From: a virus
DNA: 64,000 bases
IMG/VR virus record: IMGVR_UViG_3300025703_000002
Location: 3,841-67,840 of that record
Reading direction: 5' to 3' (one strand)
In this document: in pieces, positions 1-9,974 of the stretch
How the letters are laid out: each line of letters begins with the position of its first letter
How positions within the stretch are numbered: the first letter of the stretch is position 1
Notes under the pieces: model-generated
Database searches by the model: none
Seen by the model: only the letters and a program-made list of their open reading frames with translations
What the model was told of the DNA's origin: nothing
Translations under genes and position numbers: made by a program

Positions 1-76
1 AACATATTCGAAACAACTCTTGGTAGTCGTCGGGTGTTGCTATGCGTATATTCGTTTCGATATCAGCAGAAGTCAT
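1..76 (-). CDS. Partial CDS, probable GNAT acetyltransferase (runs off window)
   Basis: ATG at 76 overlaps the stop of the previous gene; translates MTSADIETNIRIATPDDYQEV, with the IRxATxxD start typical of GNATs. Confidence 0.5.
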   Translation of the reverse strand, partial: MTSADIETNIRIATPDDYQELFRIC

Positions 77-699
77 TTAGTTCCATCTTTGACAGGAGGA
101 GGGAGTTTCCTAAGATCTTTGATGTTTCTCTTACGGACTTCTTTAACGAAGTCGTCTAAAATAGCATGACCTCGTGAGAGATCCCCCATCCCGAGACGAC
201 GAACATGCTCCGGAGAAATAACGTGTTCGCCCCCGGCTGCCATGATCTCGATAGGTTCGCCGTGATCTTCGGGGGTACGTCCGCCCTTGTTCTTATCAAG
301 TGCCGCGCGTTCAAGATGGTGCATATTAGCAAGACCTGGAATCGTACTCGCACGGGGGAGTTTTGATGTCCCACTAGCACCATAAGGGGCCTCGTCTGGG
401 ACAAGAGGCAGTGCGTGCATTAACTTTTCTAGGGCTAAATGGCCGGCTAGTGAGTTCCCCTGTGCCCCAGGGAGACCTGAGACGACGTCAGCCGGGACGA
501 CGTATGACCCCGGAGGGACTGAAATCGGAAGAGTATCGGTTCTGCCAGGACCGGCATCAATCAAAGGGCCGACGACACCGCCCGAGGCGCGGCGAGGGAC
601 ACCCCCTGAAGAATAGTGTGGAACTTTCTTCTTCCCCATTTCCAGGGCAAAACGGATAGCCTCATTCTTTACTTTGTTTGATCCGGCGAGGACTGTCAT
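73..699 (-). CDS. Virion internal/ejection-associated protein
   Basis: GPGRTDTLPISVPPGSYVVPADVV and AAGGEHVI motifs, similar to those in phage injected proteins; xxGGV repeats. Confidence 0.55.
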   Translation of the reverse strand: MTVLAGSNKVKNEAIRFALEMGKKKVPHYSSGGVPRRASGGVVGPLIDAGPGRTDTLPISVPPGSYVVPADVVSGLPGAQGNSLAGHLALEKLMHALPLVPDEAPYGASGTSKLPRASTIPGLANMHHLERAALDKNKGGRTPEDHGEPIEIMAAGGEHVISPEHVRRLGMGDLSRGHAILDDFVKEVRKRNIKDLRKLPPPVKDGTK

Positions 700-1127
700 C
701 CGATTTTCCAGGTTGTATTATCAAAGTAGACAGGAACAAGATGAGTCCCACTTCCGACCACGGTGACACCGAAGTTAGTCGCTGCTGCTACAGTTGAATC
801 TGACACAAAGGCCCTAGCAGGAGAAGCTATGACAGGTAACGTCGATACGAGGTAGACATGAGAGGTCCCGAACTGTGTCGAAAGGGCTGTCGTCTGTGCC
901 ACGATAGCCGTTGTTATTGTATCGACAGCGGTCGCTAGTGTTCCTGTGTTCGTCCCAGAAGCTGTTGTTCCAGCCTCGATAGCAGTAACTACACCAGTAT
1001 TGTCTAGGGCGAGAGCAGCCGTCAACGCATTAACAGAAAGAACGAGATTCTGAAGGTTTGTGACTACGGCCTGAACATTCGCTGCTCCGGCTGCCGCGCT
1101 ATCCTGGAAGTTCTGCCCTTGCGTCAT
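696..1127 (-). CDS. Hypothetical virion protein
   Basis: 143-aa ORF, overlap-coupled within the tail operon. Confidence 0.6.
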   Translation of the reverse strand: MTQGQNFQDSAAAGAANVQAVVTNLQNLVLSVNALTAALALDNTGVVTAIEAGTTASGTNTGTLATAVDTITTAIVAQTTALSTQFGTSHVYLVSTLPVIASPARAFVSDSTVAAATNFGVTVVGSGTHLVPVYFDNTTWKIG

Positions 1128-3154
1128 AGTCGGCCGTCCGAAGCTGTTCTAATTCGAGGTCCACCCATACGGACAAATGATCCTTTGTCGTTACCCGAGA
1201 CAGACATACTCGCCAATCGACCTCGAAAACGAACGTTAATAAACGGCTGCCCCACGTTCGACATCACGTAGGTCGGAGTCGTATAGCTTGCCCCTACTGG
1301 GTAGTCTGCGTATGTAAACATTAGGTTGACTGAGGCCGTTTGGGGCTGATCGAACTGCCCCCATTTGAAGTCAGGCATCACAAGGTCACAAAAGATCTGG
1401 TCCTGGCCGTCAGACAACGCCCAATAACCTGTTTCCACAGACCAATCTAGGGCCTGCCCGTCAGCGTCGTTACTCGTCTCGTGCTGGTATATTAGGTTAG
1501 TCTCAGAATCAGATCCGATAGGAGAGCCCAGACCCGACTGGTCAATCCACGCAGACCTTCCAAGGAACCCGTAGTCCCACGCAGAGAATTGTGGAGTGAA
1601 CTTGACGTAGGCTGAATTCTTGCCGTCTCCACCGAGGACTGGGAAATACCAGGTTATCTCACCGAACTGTGAGTTCGGGGTGCATCGAATCTTCTTGACG
1701 GATGACGTATCAAGATTTTGAAAGATAAAGTCCCAGACGGTACACGGAACAGGGGTTACTGATCCTCCTGCCGGAAGAGCAAAGAATTGCTTCTGCGACA
1801 TCCAGAAAACCGTCGTTCCTAGGACGCCAGCAGCGAACTTTCCGATTAATCCACAACCAGTTGCAAGCTGAGTGAACGAGTAGACAAGGGGAGAGCCTAT
1901 GAAAGACATCGCCCGGACATCAAGATCAGTCCAGATAATGTCATACTGAGGTCCTTGGAGGCCACCGACGATACGTGACCCCGTAGACAACCGGAACGAA
2001 CCCGCAAGATTAGTAACCGCTGCTGTCCAGACTGTGTAGTCTCCGGCGTTACACCAATTAATCAACAGTGGGTCTTGTACGCCACGGACCGACGAACCGT
2101 AGGCGATAATAATCTGAGCCGAGCCCGAGACAAACATCCCGGTATTAATGAGAGGAGCCTCAGAGATTATCTGGGCGTTAGCTAGTCCAGACTCAGGTTG
2201 CCACGTAAAGATCGGGCCGTCGTTCGGGCTGGCAAGCAGGGTCCCACCGAAGTTGTCTAACGTATAATCAGTAACCGTTATAGGCGTCCCCGGATGAGGG
2301 CTCGGAGGAACACCGTCACCATACCCACCCTCTCCGTATCCACCGACACCGTATCCAGTCCCGACGGCTAAAGGCCCGTTAGTGACGTAATACAGTATCT
2401 GGGCATTACCCGAATTCTGTGACACCGTATCATTCGAACTTGCCTGGTTAGCGGCGATTATGACGAAGGTATTGGCGTCAGTAACAGTCGAGACAGTGTA
2501 GAAGCCGAAGAGAGTTATCCCCCCGACTACCGTCGCTAGGGTCACGGGGAAGGTTTGTCCGACTGAATACCCATGGTCGTCAAGAACAACAGTGACGTCA
2601 GGAGACCCTGATACTGTCGTAAACGTAGCAACCGCGCCACCGTTATTAACAGTCCCTGTGGCATTTGTAGAGGCCGTTATTGTATACGTATCTGCGTCAA
2701 TGCCTTCAGTCACCGGGTATGGACCTGAGATAACAATTCCCCCGATTGAAACCGGGGTGTTTATGACGACAACGTCATAGACCGTAGCGTTACTCCCGGT
2801 ATCAACTATTGTAACGATTTTTGTAGTCGCGACTGTCGAGAAGTTCACAGCCGGGTTTGTTACAGTTAATTCCGGGGTTATATCCTTTAGAGTCGTCCCA
2901 GTCAGAACGTCGAGTTCACCTACGGCACCGATAGCTAAATGAAGAACTCCCGAGAGATCTTCCCAGGCATGGAGGGCTGTGACCTCAGACGCGATCGGAA
3001 ACGGGTAGAACTTCGTCCATCCTCCGAGTTTCTGCGCCAGCCCTGAGCCGGGGTCCCAACGGATTAACTGAGTCGCTTGATAAGCAGCTTCGTTCAGACT
3101 CGGCGTTCTGTTGGTGTTTACTCCGGGGATTAATTGAACTTGATGGGTCGGCAT
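1124..3154 (-). CDS. Tail tubular/stabilisation protein (P22 gp10 / T7 gp12-like)
   Basis: Likely start MPTHQVQ at 3154 (TGATG overlap); beta-propeller-like motifs (QKLGGW, INWC..GDYTVW, GSFRL, VFWMS, EITWYFP); position after adaptors. Confidence 0.75.
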   Translation of the reverse strand: MPTHQVQLIPGVNTNRTPSLNEAAYQATQLIRWDPGSGLAQKLGGWTKFYPFPIASEVTALHAWEDLSGVLHLAIGAVGELDVLTGTTLKDITPELTVTNPAVNFSTVATTKIVTIVDTGSNATVYDVVVINTPVSIGGIVISGPYPVTEGIDADTYTITASTNATGTVNNGGAVATFTTVSGSPDVTVVLDDHGYSVGQTFPVTLATVVGGITLFGFYTVSTVTDANTFVIIAANQASSNDTVSQNSGNAQILYYVTNGPLAVGTGYGVGGYGEGGYGDGVPPSPHPGTPITVTDYTLDNFGGTLLASPNDGPIFTWQPESGLANAQIISEAPLINTGMFVSGSAQIIIAYGSSVRGVQDPLLINWCNAGDYTVWTAAVTNLAGSFRLSTGSRIVGGLQGPQYDIIWTDLDVRAMSFIGSPLVYSFTQLATGCGLIGKFAAGVLGTTVFWMSQKQFFALPAGGSVTPVPCTVWDFIFQNLDTSSVKKIRCTPNSQFGEITWYFPVLGGDGKNSAYVKFTPQFSAWDYGFLGRSAWIDQSGLGSPIGSDSETNLIYQHETSNDADGQALDWSVETGYWALSDGQDQIFCDLVMPDFKWGQFDQPQTASVNLMFTYADYPVGASYTTPTYVMSNVGQPFINVRFRGRLASMSVSGNDKGSFVRMGGPRIRTASDGRL

Positions 3155-3867
3155 CAGGTACGGGCCGGGGTAAATTGCGACGGCAACTGTGAGCTCCAGC
3201 CAGTGGCGTAGTAACGCCTCATTGCGTCCTCGACTGCCGCTGAGTCTCGAAGGGTCACGTATTGTTGTTCCCAGGACTGCGCCATCTTCGGATCGTCTGC
3301 CTGTTGGCCAAAGTTCTTCATAAACCCAGACATTTGAATCATCGATGCGGTGACAAGCAGGTCTGGGAGATACGTCGAGATCCAATTCGTCGCGATGGTT
3401 CCGGACAAAGGAGAAGGTCGGACAGTCCCGATGACTTCAATGTTATACGCATGGTCTGGGTATGGTGCGATCTCAATGATCTGATCGGTTACAGGACGCC
3501 AATACTGAGGAATTCCTGTTATCGTTGCAGATCCAAAGGTCCAATCCATAAAGGCTCTTGAAGAAATCACCATAGGATTTCTAGAACCTAGGTCTGGATT
3601 CGTCGTTCCAGACGGTGTTATAATGTAGACGTCACGGATGACGTTAAAGACAGGGTTCAGCGAGGAGAGATTAACGATCCTTGTCCCGACAGTCACCGTT
3701 GGGGTTGACGTGCTCGTATTCGTATTTAGAAGATCTAGCTCTCTCGTGATCCGGTCTGTAGCGTAGTCAGAACAACTCGGAAGGTTCGACAAGAAATTGG
3801 GGTCGTCGGCATTAAACTGCGACAACAGAGCAATCTCAGTCAGCCAAGTTGTATAGTTGAGACTCAT
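3154..3867 (-). CDS. Head-tail adaptor / tail tubular protein A-like
   Basis: GIPQYW..IAPYPD..Y..TNWIS..PDLL pattern; position. Confidence 0.65.
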   Translation of the reverse strand: MSLNYTTWLTEIALLSQFNADDPNFLSNLPSCSDYATDRITRELDLLNTNTSTSTPTVTVGTRIVNLSSLNPVFNVIRDVYIITPSGTTNPDLGSRNPMVISSRAFMDWTFGSATITGIPQYWRPVTDQIIEIAPYPDHAYNIEVIGTVRPSPLSGTIATNWISTYLPDLLVTASMIQMSGFMKNFGQQADDPKMAQSWEQQYVTLRDSAAVEDAMRRYYATGWSSQLPSQFTPART

Positions 3868-4262
3868 GTCGGGAATGTCTGAGCTAGAGCAAAGAGCGAG
3901 ACCATCTGAGAATTACTGTAGCCAAGAGCCGGTTGAAGGAAGTCCTGGATAAACGGATCGACGATGTTAATCACGAAGGCGTGGTTCCAGGCGATGTTAT
4001 ACGTATTCGTAACGTCTGCCGGGAGCAATTCAAAGGCCTGATACATAACTCCTTGAGACGCCATCGCGGCAAAGAGTTGTCTCATGGAACACGATCCGGG
4101 GCCTAATCCGTAGGCTAACTGGGCGATCTGCCCCGTAGTACACCGGTAAGTAATCCATGTCCCCGTCATCGAGTCGAACTGGTAGATAAAACACAGTTCT
4201 GTCCCGTTTAGTCCTAGAACAGGAGGAAGGGAATTTAAGGTCGTTCCAACGTAGTTAGTCAC
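3864..4262 (-). CDS. Hypothetical virion-module protein
   Basis: Coupled ORF in late operon. Confidence 0.55.
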   Translation of the reverse strand: MTNYVGTTLNSLPPVLGLNGTELCFIYQFDSMTGTWITYRCTTGQIAQLAYGLGPGSCSMRQLFAAMASQGVMYQAFELLPADVTNTYNIAWNHAFVINIVDPFIQDFLQPALGYSNSQMVSLFALAQTFPT

Positions 4263-4287
4263 TTCGTTCCTAACACTAGAAAATTTG

Positions 4288-4671
4288 TCAAGGAAGTGTC
4301 CCTATCGGATTGTTGGAACACAATAGGACTGTCGTGCCATCGGCGGCAAGAATAAACAAAGACCCGTCAGCGATTGTGACGATATTGCTCTCACCTTGGT
4401 AGTTAAATCCGGTTACTGTAAACGGCTCTGGACGTGCGTTATAGATCGGAAGGGGGTCGGGGGATAGAATTCTCGCACGAAGCTGCTCTTGCGGAGTGTC
4501 ATAGCAGGGCTGACAAACGAGGATTCTAAGATTAAAAAGTTGTTCCCCCCTCCAATCAAATTGGAAGGATAAATCTTTGTGGTTCCACATCCGACCGCAG
4601 CGATCACAGACACCAGCCGCTTGTGGAAATCGTGAATTTACTCGGGTATGGCCGTGCGAACGATAACTCAC
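4288..4671 (-). CDS. Zn-finger protein of the neck module
   Basis: CDRC..VCQPC..PQ..DP.PI..ARP motif. Confidence 0.65.
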   Translation of the reverse strand: MSYRSHGHTRVNSRFPQAAGVCDRCGRMWNHKDLSFQFDWRGEQLFNLRILVCQPCYDTPQEQLRARILSPDPLPIYNARPEPFTVTGFNYQGESNIVTIADGSLFILAADGTTVLLCSNNPIGTLP

Positions 4672-4674
4672 GAA

Positions 4675-5376
4675 TCACCTCCAATAGCTGGATGCTATGG
4701 GGCTGATAAAGAGAGGCACGAACTCGTTTATCTGGGAGAACATCACGTTCAGGGCCTTCGTGGCGTCGTCCGAACGGGTCTGCTCAAGATCAGTGGCGTA
4801 AATTCTTGCCAGACGATGGGCTAAACAGGCGACATAAGCATCTAATGACAGATAAGGAATCTGGGGATTCGTCGCGTTCTGGGTAACAGCATCTTGTATC
4901 TGAGTGAACCGATAATACGCCAGCGTAGGTATCGATCCGTCTGGGACGGGCCATAGCGTAAAAGACGAGGAGATCAAACGATCGTACCAGTAAACCGTTG
5001 GATCCCCTTGTTGAGACTTATCAGGTGTACTTGCGTACTCAGTCCTAGAATACGGAGTTATGATGCGGTCTGAGGTTGTTCCGTCTCCGTTAGGAATCTG
5101 GATGAAGACGTCAAGCATCATCACGGTGTCTTCAGGAACGGAGTACGTGGCCTGTCCTTGGACGAGGTTCACCGTCTGGAGATCTACCGTCCATAGGGTA
5201 GGTCCGAGGCACGCCCATTGAGCCTGAAGGAGATTAGCCTCAGTCTTCGCGTCAGCAAAGTGCTCGGTGACGAGTTCTGATCTGTGGAGTTTAATCCTCC
5301 GATAAGCGGCAACGACTAGCTCACCGACTGAGGGTAAGAAACTGTACGAATTACTAGTCTGACCAGAAGTTGTCAC
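4675..5376 (-). CDS. Head-tail adaptor/connector protein
   Basis: MTTSG start, SRTEY..PDK..G.P..YW..R..LWPVPD pattern; position. Confidence 0.65.
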   Translation of the reverse strand: MTTSGQTSNSYSFLPSVGELVVAAYRRIKLHRSELVTEHFADAKTEANLLQAQWACLGPTLWTVDLQTVNLVQGQATYSVPEDTVMMLDVFIQIPNGDGTTSDRIITPYSRTEYASTPDKSQQGDPTVYWYDRLISSSFTLWPVPDGSIPTLAYYRFTQIQDAVTQNATNPQIPYLSLDAYVACLAHRLARIYATDLEQTRSDDATKALNVMFSQINEFVPLFISPIASSYWR

Positions 5377-5867
5377 TCGAACCTCAACGGGAACGCGGGA
5401 TCAGGTGGGGATATCATCGTCAGGATGCCATCGGGGAGCGGCACGGTGATCGTGTATGTCGGTGTCGCAACCCCGTTGATGGTCTGCGAGCCTGTCACTA
5501 TGGCAATCCCAGGTGGCAACGGCATGGTCGCGAGATCACCCGCCCAGCGCAGCAACCCGTAATAGTTGCCATCCTTCGGGACCATGTTCGGCACGGTGTT
5601 GCCGAAAGCGTCGGTCTTGGTCCCAGATTGCACATACCAAGTTCCAACCGGCGACCACGCCCAACCTGTCGGATCAGCGCCGCCTGTGTCGATATGCGCG
5701 GGGATGTCGCCAGATGGGCCGGTAGAGTCGGGCGACCAGAGGCCAGGGATTTGCTGCGCGACCAATTCGATGTCGGCGAGGGTCGGAGCGGAGACGACGA
5801 AGTCAGCCGCTTGAGCAAACGATGCGGTGAAGATCAGTCCGAGAGCGATGATAGCCGATTTCAACAT
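5373..5867 (-). CDS. Signal-peptide-bearing protein next to fibre gene
   Basis: Likely start MLKSAIIALGLIFTASFAQA (Sec-type signal). Confidence 0.6.
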   Translation of the reverse strand: MLKSAIIALGLIFTASFAQAADFVVSAPTLADIELVAQQIPGLWSPDSTGPSGDIPAHIDTGGADPTGWAWSPVGTWYVQSGTKTDAFGNTVPNMVPKDGNYYGLLRWAGDLATMPLPPGIAIVTGSQTINGVATPTYTITVPLPDGILTMISPPDPAFPLRFE

Positions 5868-7327
5868 GGCAGCGCATTCACTTTTGCAAGCGTGACGCCG
5901 GGCGAATACACACTTACGTTTTGATACCAATAGCCTGTGTCAAAGGTCGAAGGCGATGCCCCGGCTGCATAGGCCTGGCACGCCGTCACCTTGGTAAACT
6001 CATTCGTGCGCTTCCAGCGGAGCACGCCAGCAGCGGCGGCGGATGCGAGAGCGCCAGCTTTTGTCACGCTATCAGCGGCACGGGTGACGGAGGTCGTTGT
6101 GGTCAGAATTGCGGATGTCGCGCCCGACGATCCAGTCTCGTTCTGTACTACGTCAACCGCGATTGCATCTCCGTTCGTCGTAATCTGAAAGCACGGTTCT
6201 GGATTTGCGAGGGTTTGTGTTGGGATGCTGACACGGCCAAATGCCACCGGAATTGTGATTGGCGTATAGGTTGCGCCGTTGTCCATGGAAAGGTTGACGA
6301 CGCCTGTCCCGGTAATTCGCTTCACATAGGCGGACTCGAAGCGCGCTGACGATCCGAGGGTTATCGCTTGGCAAGTGGTTCCGTTGCCCGCTGTTGCGGT
6401 GAGAGACGAAGCCGAATTTGCGACTCCATCGATGCCGGTTTGCGTATTCGCCGCTGTTACATTCGTCGAAACCCATGTCGTCGCTAAATGGCGATCTTGA
6501 AGCACCACGTTCGTTGCAGCCGCCTCAACCAGCAACCCCAACGGCGTCCCGACCGATGACGGGGAGTAATCGAAGCGCGGGCCGTAATAGGCGGCTGAGG
6601 TCGTGATGACTTGATCGCCTGGACGCGGAGTGGTTTCGTAGGTGACGGCACTTTGCCCTACCATCCACGCTAGAAGGTCAGCGCTGACCGCTGTACTAAG
6701 ACCTATTGAGGATCCGCTGCCGGATAGTCCGAATTGTATTTGTGACGAGATGACGGCAGCGCCCTTTGAAAATACCTGTTGCCACGCACCTGTGATGGTC
6801 TTTAGAACGGATATCCCGGATGAGCTAGTAAAGTATATATTTAACGATGATCCGTCGTTAGTTTTCAGCCATACATCGTTCATCCCACTATTAAGATTTG
6901 CACCAACTCCTTGAAACATCCGGCTCAATGACGTAGACGGGGTTGCCCCTAAATTAAGCTGTATCCTCGCGGCAGTTGACGTACCATCGGGCGCTATCGC
7001 AAAATTTGGAGTGACCACAGGAGTCACTCCGGTCCCCGTTTGTAGATACAACCATGGCGATGCAAACGTATTGCTCTGCAACAGCAGATTATTCGGCTTG
7101 TACGTCAACGCTCCCGTGGCATCCGTCATCGTCGATAGCGACACGCCGGAATAGGTCAGGTTCGATGTGAAATTCCCGGATGGTACAGAGGACTCGCCGA
7201 GGAAGTTCTCGGAGAAGACGGGCTTGATGCCGGAGAATAAACTGCCCCTCTGTCCTGCTGTTAGGGCAAATGCAGTTGTGATATAAAGAAGAACTGAGAA
7301 GATCAGAAAATATCGAAGTGCCTTCAT
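5861..7327 (-). CDS. Head spike/fibre-like protein with N-terminal signal peptide
   Basis: NLLLQSNTF..W, PRFDY..GLLVEAAATN, TRAAD motifs of phage fibre/spike domains; MKALRYFLIFSVLLYITTAFA leader. Confidence 0.65.
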   Translation of the reverse strand: MKALRYFLIFSVLLYITTAFALTAGQRGSLFSGIKPVFSENFLGESSVPSGNFTSNLTYSGVSLSTMTDATGALTYKPNNLLLQSNTFASPWLYLQTGTGVTPVVTPNFAIAPDGTSTAARIQLNLGATPSTSLSRMFQGVGANLNSGMNDVWLKTNDGSSLNIYFTSSSGISVLKTITGAWQQVFSKGAAVISSQIQFGLSGSGSSIGLSTAVSADLLAWMVGQSAVTYETTPRPGDQVITTSAAYYGPRFDYSPSSVGTPLGLLVEAAATNVVLQDRHLATTWVSTNVTAANTQTGIDGVANSASSLTATAGNGTTCQAITLGSSARFESAYVKRITGTGVVNLSMDNGATYTPITIPVAFGRVSIPTQTLANPEPCFQITTNGDAIAVDVVQNETGSSGATSAILTTTTSVTRAADSVTKAGALASAAAAGVLRWKRTNEFTKVTACQAYAAGASPSTFDTGYWYQNVSVYSPGVTLAKVNALPC

Positions 7328-8016
7328 TAGTTCTGGTATCCTGTCGCAGTGACATAAACAGGTTTATTTTCATCAGCCGTATCAGTCGCGACAGTTACGA
7401 CGCAGATATAAATATTCTTGCTAATGGAAGTATCCTGGTTAAGAAAACTCAACGGAGGAACAAATGAAGTCTGCGTATACGTGTTAGTATCGCCAGTCGT
7501 GACAGCAGGGGCAGACGGAGTGATTGTAAAGGGATCTGCGATTAAATGCTGATTATCCGTATTCGATCCAGCGAAGGCCGAGTTATCTGTACAGGTCGTC
7601 GCCGCAGGGTTCTTGTCCCACATCCGAACAACGTATGATCCTACCGATCCCCCAGACGACGTGAATAGGAGGTTTCCGACACCACCGGACCCACCATTTG
7701 TCCTGGCGATCGGGACAGAGAACAGACCCCCGACCGAGACACCCGCCGCATGAGACGAGTTTGCAGGGGTCGCAAATTGAACCGGAGACGACCCGGAATC
7801 AAAACCCCCGACATTACCTATAACAGTCGTGCTTCCACCTGAACCAGAGGTATTCGCACAATCGTTACCGTTCGTATCCATCGTCGCAGGCTGTGGAGTT
7901 CCTGGTGAGTACGTTGCGGGAGGAGACCCGCAAGTTTGGACCACAACCCTTTTCTCCTGGGCTACAGCAGGGATCATGAATGACATCAGGAGACTAAGAA
8001 CAAATAATTTTTTCAT
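7327..8016 (-). CDS. Signal-peptide-bearing beta-rich virion-module protein
   Basis: MKKLFVLSLLMSFMIPAVA leader; S/T/G-rich; 4 Cys. Confidence 0.6.
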   Translation of the reverse strand: MKKLFVLSLLMSFMIPAVAQEKRVVVQTCGSPPATYSPGTPQPATMDTNGNDCANTSGSGGSTTVIGNVGGFDSGSSPVQFATPANSSHAAGVSVGGLFSVPIARTNGGSGGVGNLLFTSSGGSVGSYVVRMWDKNPAATTCTDNSAFAGSNTDNQHLIADPFTITPSAPAVTTGDTNTYTQTSFVPPLSFLNQDTSISKNIYICVVTVATDTADENKPVYVTATGYQN

Positions 8017-8028
8017 GGACCTGCCTAA

Positions 8029-9027
8029 TTAGTAAGAAACGGAGCCACTCTGGGAAAGTGCCATACGGACAAATCCAGGATTCGTATTACTATTTAAAAG
8101 AATCCGTATCCACACCGGAGACACCGCGAGATTAAATTGACTCGAAGTGGTAGCCCCGATAAGATCCGCAAAGGTCGTGTCCCAAGTTACTGAAGATCTA
8201 GAAACTGGATTCGAGTAACTGTTTGGGTCGTCATTAGTCGTCTGTACGGTATAATTAACCGTTCCAGAAACAACACACTGTCCGGCCACCTGGGCAGAAG
8301 CCCACGAATCTAGGCTGATCCACTGAGACCCCGCGACACCATTCGTACCAATCTCGATCGTTTGTCCAGTCGCTCCTGAGATCACAGCGGACGTTACCGT
8401 TGCGTAATCGAGGACTGAATAAACAGCATCGCCTCCGGTATCGATAGAAATCGTTTCAGAGATTGGATATCCAGTGATATCCGTGCCAGACAATGCAATA
8501 GTTCTCGCCGTCCCGGTGGAACCAGGAGTGAAGAGAATTCTTCGAGGAGTGTCTAGGGTAGCAAAACCCATAGCTCCGACAGTCACCGTACTCGCCGTGT
8601 TTGCCGATGGGGTCACACTTAGAATAGCTTTATACGAATTAACCGTAGCGACGACTGAGGTATTCGTTCCAGTCACCGTCTCGGATACCGTAGCATTCTG
8701 GGAGTCCATCCCGACAACCGCGAAGGTTACTGTGTGGTCGTCACCGGCAGACGTGATATACACTGGACTTACAACCGGGAGCCATGCAATCGTAGCTCCA
8801 GAGACACCTGATGTCGGAGAGACGTACCTCGTTTGGGACAACGCGCCGTTAATCAGCAGAGGAGTCGCTGTCACTCCTGACTGGGACAAGCAGATACCAT
8901 TTGCAACGGCAGAACCATCAGCACCGTTAAGGACAAGTCCACCCTTTGCGGCAGGAGTCTGGGACAGTCCCAGTTTAGTCGCGGTAGCCGCAACGAGTGG
9001 GCCAACCTGGCATGTACGACTCTGCAT
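8029..9027 (-). CDS. Structural (decoration/fibre-base) protein
   Basis: Two internal repeats (F.V.G.D....VSET.T; I.LSGTD..G..ISETIS); position. Confidence 0.6.
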   Translation of the reverse strand: MQSRTCQVGPLVAATATKLGLSQTPAAKGGLVLNGADGSAVANGICLSQSGVTATPLLINGALSQTRYVSPTSGVSGATIAWLPVVSPVYITSAGDDHTVTFAVVGMDSQNATVSETVTGTNTSVVATVNSYKAILSVTPSANTASTVTVGAMGFATLDTPRRILFTPGSTGTARTIALSGTDITGYPISETISIDTGGDAVYSVLDYATVTSAVISGATGQTIEIGTNGVAGSQWISLDSWASAQVAGQCVVSGTVNYTVQTTNDDPNSYSNPVSRSSVTWDTTFADLIGATTSSQFNLAVSPVWIRILLNSNTNPGFVRMALSQSGSVSY

Positions 9028-9314
9028 TAGACGGTCTTTCCGTGACGGGAGTGAAGTTTGCTTAGAGTAACAGAACCCCTTGAGGTTAATACCGGACCAC
9101 CACGTTTCATCCCCCCGGTGAGAACATTCGGGAGGCCATGTTGCTCGGTCATAGCGTCACCAAAATTTGCCGCCTTCATTGTTCCTGTCGCAGTCGGGTC
9201 AGGTTCCCCAGTGGCCGCGTCATTAACGATGACAGGGAGATCATTAATCCCGTATTTCTTATTGGTCTTTTGCTGGTCTCTCAGAGACCACTCTTTATAG
9301 CCGTCCCCAGCCAT
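9027..9314 (-). CDS. Small virion-module protein with MKRGGPV motif
   Basis: Coupled ORF. Confidence 0.55.
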   Translation of the reverse strand: MAGDGYKEWSLRDQQKTNKKYGINDLPVIVNDAATGEPDPTATGTMKAANFGDAMTEQHGLPNVLTGGMKRGGPVLTSRGSVTLSKLHSRHGKTV

Positions 9315-9514
9315 TAGACGCTCCCGCCGTGTTTCTTATGAAGATGTTCTAGAGTCTTGGCTAAATTAGCAGCCTTAGCAAGGTGAGGACTCTCAGCGTG
9401 AGTCGCCTTGTCAATCCTACCCTGTGGAATTTTCTGTCCTTGGGGGACGTGTAGTGCTCTATGCAGATACCCTGGATTTTTACCCACGGCTCCGGCAATC
9501 CAGGTATCAGACAT
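9314..9514 (-). CDS. Small basic virion-module protein
   Basis: WI.GA..PG.LHRALHVP.G.KIP motif; ends KKHGGSV. Confidence 0.65.
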   Translation of the reverse strand: MSDTWIAGAVGKNPGYLHRALHVPQGQKIPQGRIDKATHAESPHLAKAANLAKTLEHLHKKHGGSV

Positions 9515-9621
9515 CTTAGTTTCCTTAAGAAAGAAGTATTTTGGGTGGATTAGGAGCGCACCCTAATCTAAAGCAACTTTGCGACCGTGCGAACGCCATT
9601 GCCACCCAAAATCCTTAATCA

Positions 9622-9930
9622 TCAGCTATCGGTTCTATGGTCTACGACAGCCGAGGCATTACGGGCAGAGCTGAACGGAGACTTGTCAGAACCGACTCGA
9701 CCACCATCCTTGCGACAAGCCCGGTCCATACGCATCTTAGGCTTCTCGCCCTCGACCTTACCACCACGCTTTCGCTCTTTAACCTTGCCCCCGCGCTTTC
9801 GCTCAGAAGCTTCCTTATCGACGTTAGAACCTTGGGCATCATAAGCCTTAGGCTCACCACCCTTGCTCTCGTCGTAGTCTTTGGCCTCGTCAGCGACCTT
9901 GCCGCCCGAAGCCCTCTTGTGTGCTTTCAT
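9622..9930 (-). CDS. Basic internal virion protein with (K/R)xxGGxV repeats
   Basis: RBS AGGAG; four GG motifs. Confidence 0.6.
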   Translation of the reverse strand: MKAHKRASGGKVADEAKDYDESKGGEPKAYDAQGSNVDKEASERKRGGKVKERKRGGKVEGEKPKMRMDRACRKDGGRVGSDKSPFSSARNASAVVDHRTDS

Positions 9931-9974
9931 TTTAATCTCCTATTAGGACTTAGGTTCCGTTAGTGATCTTTAGA

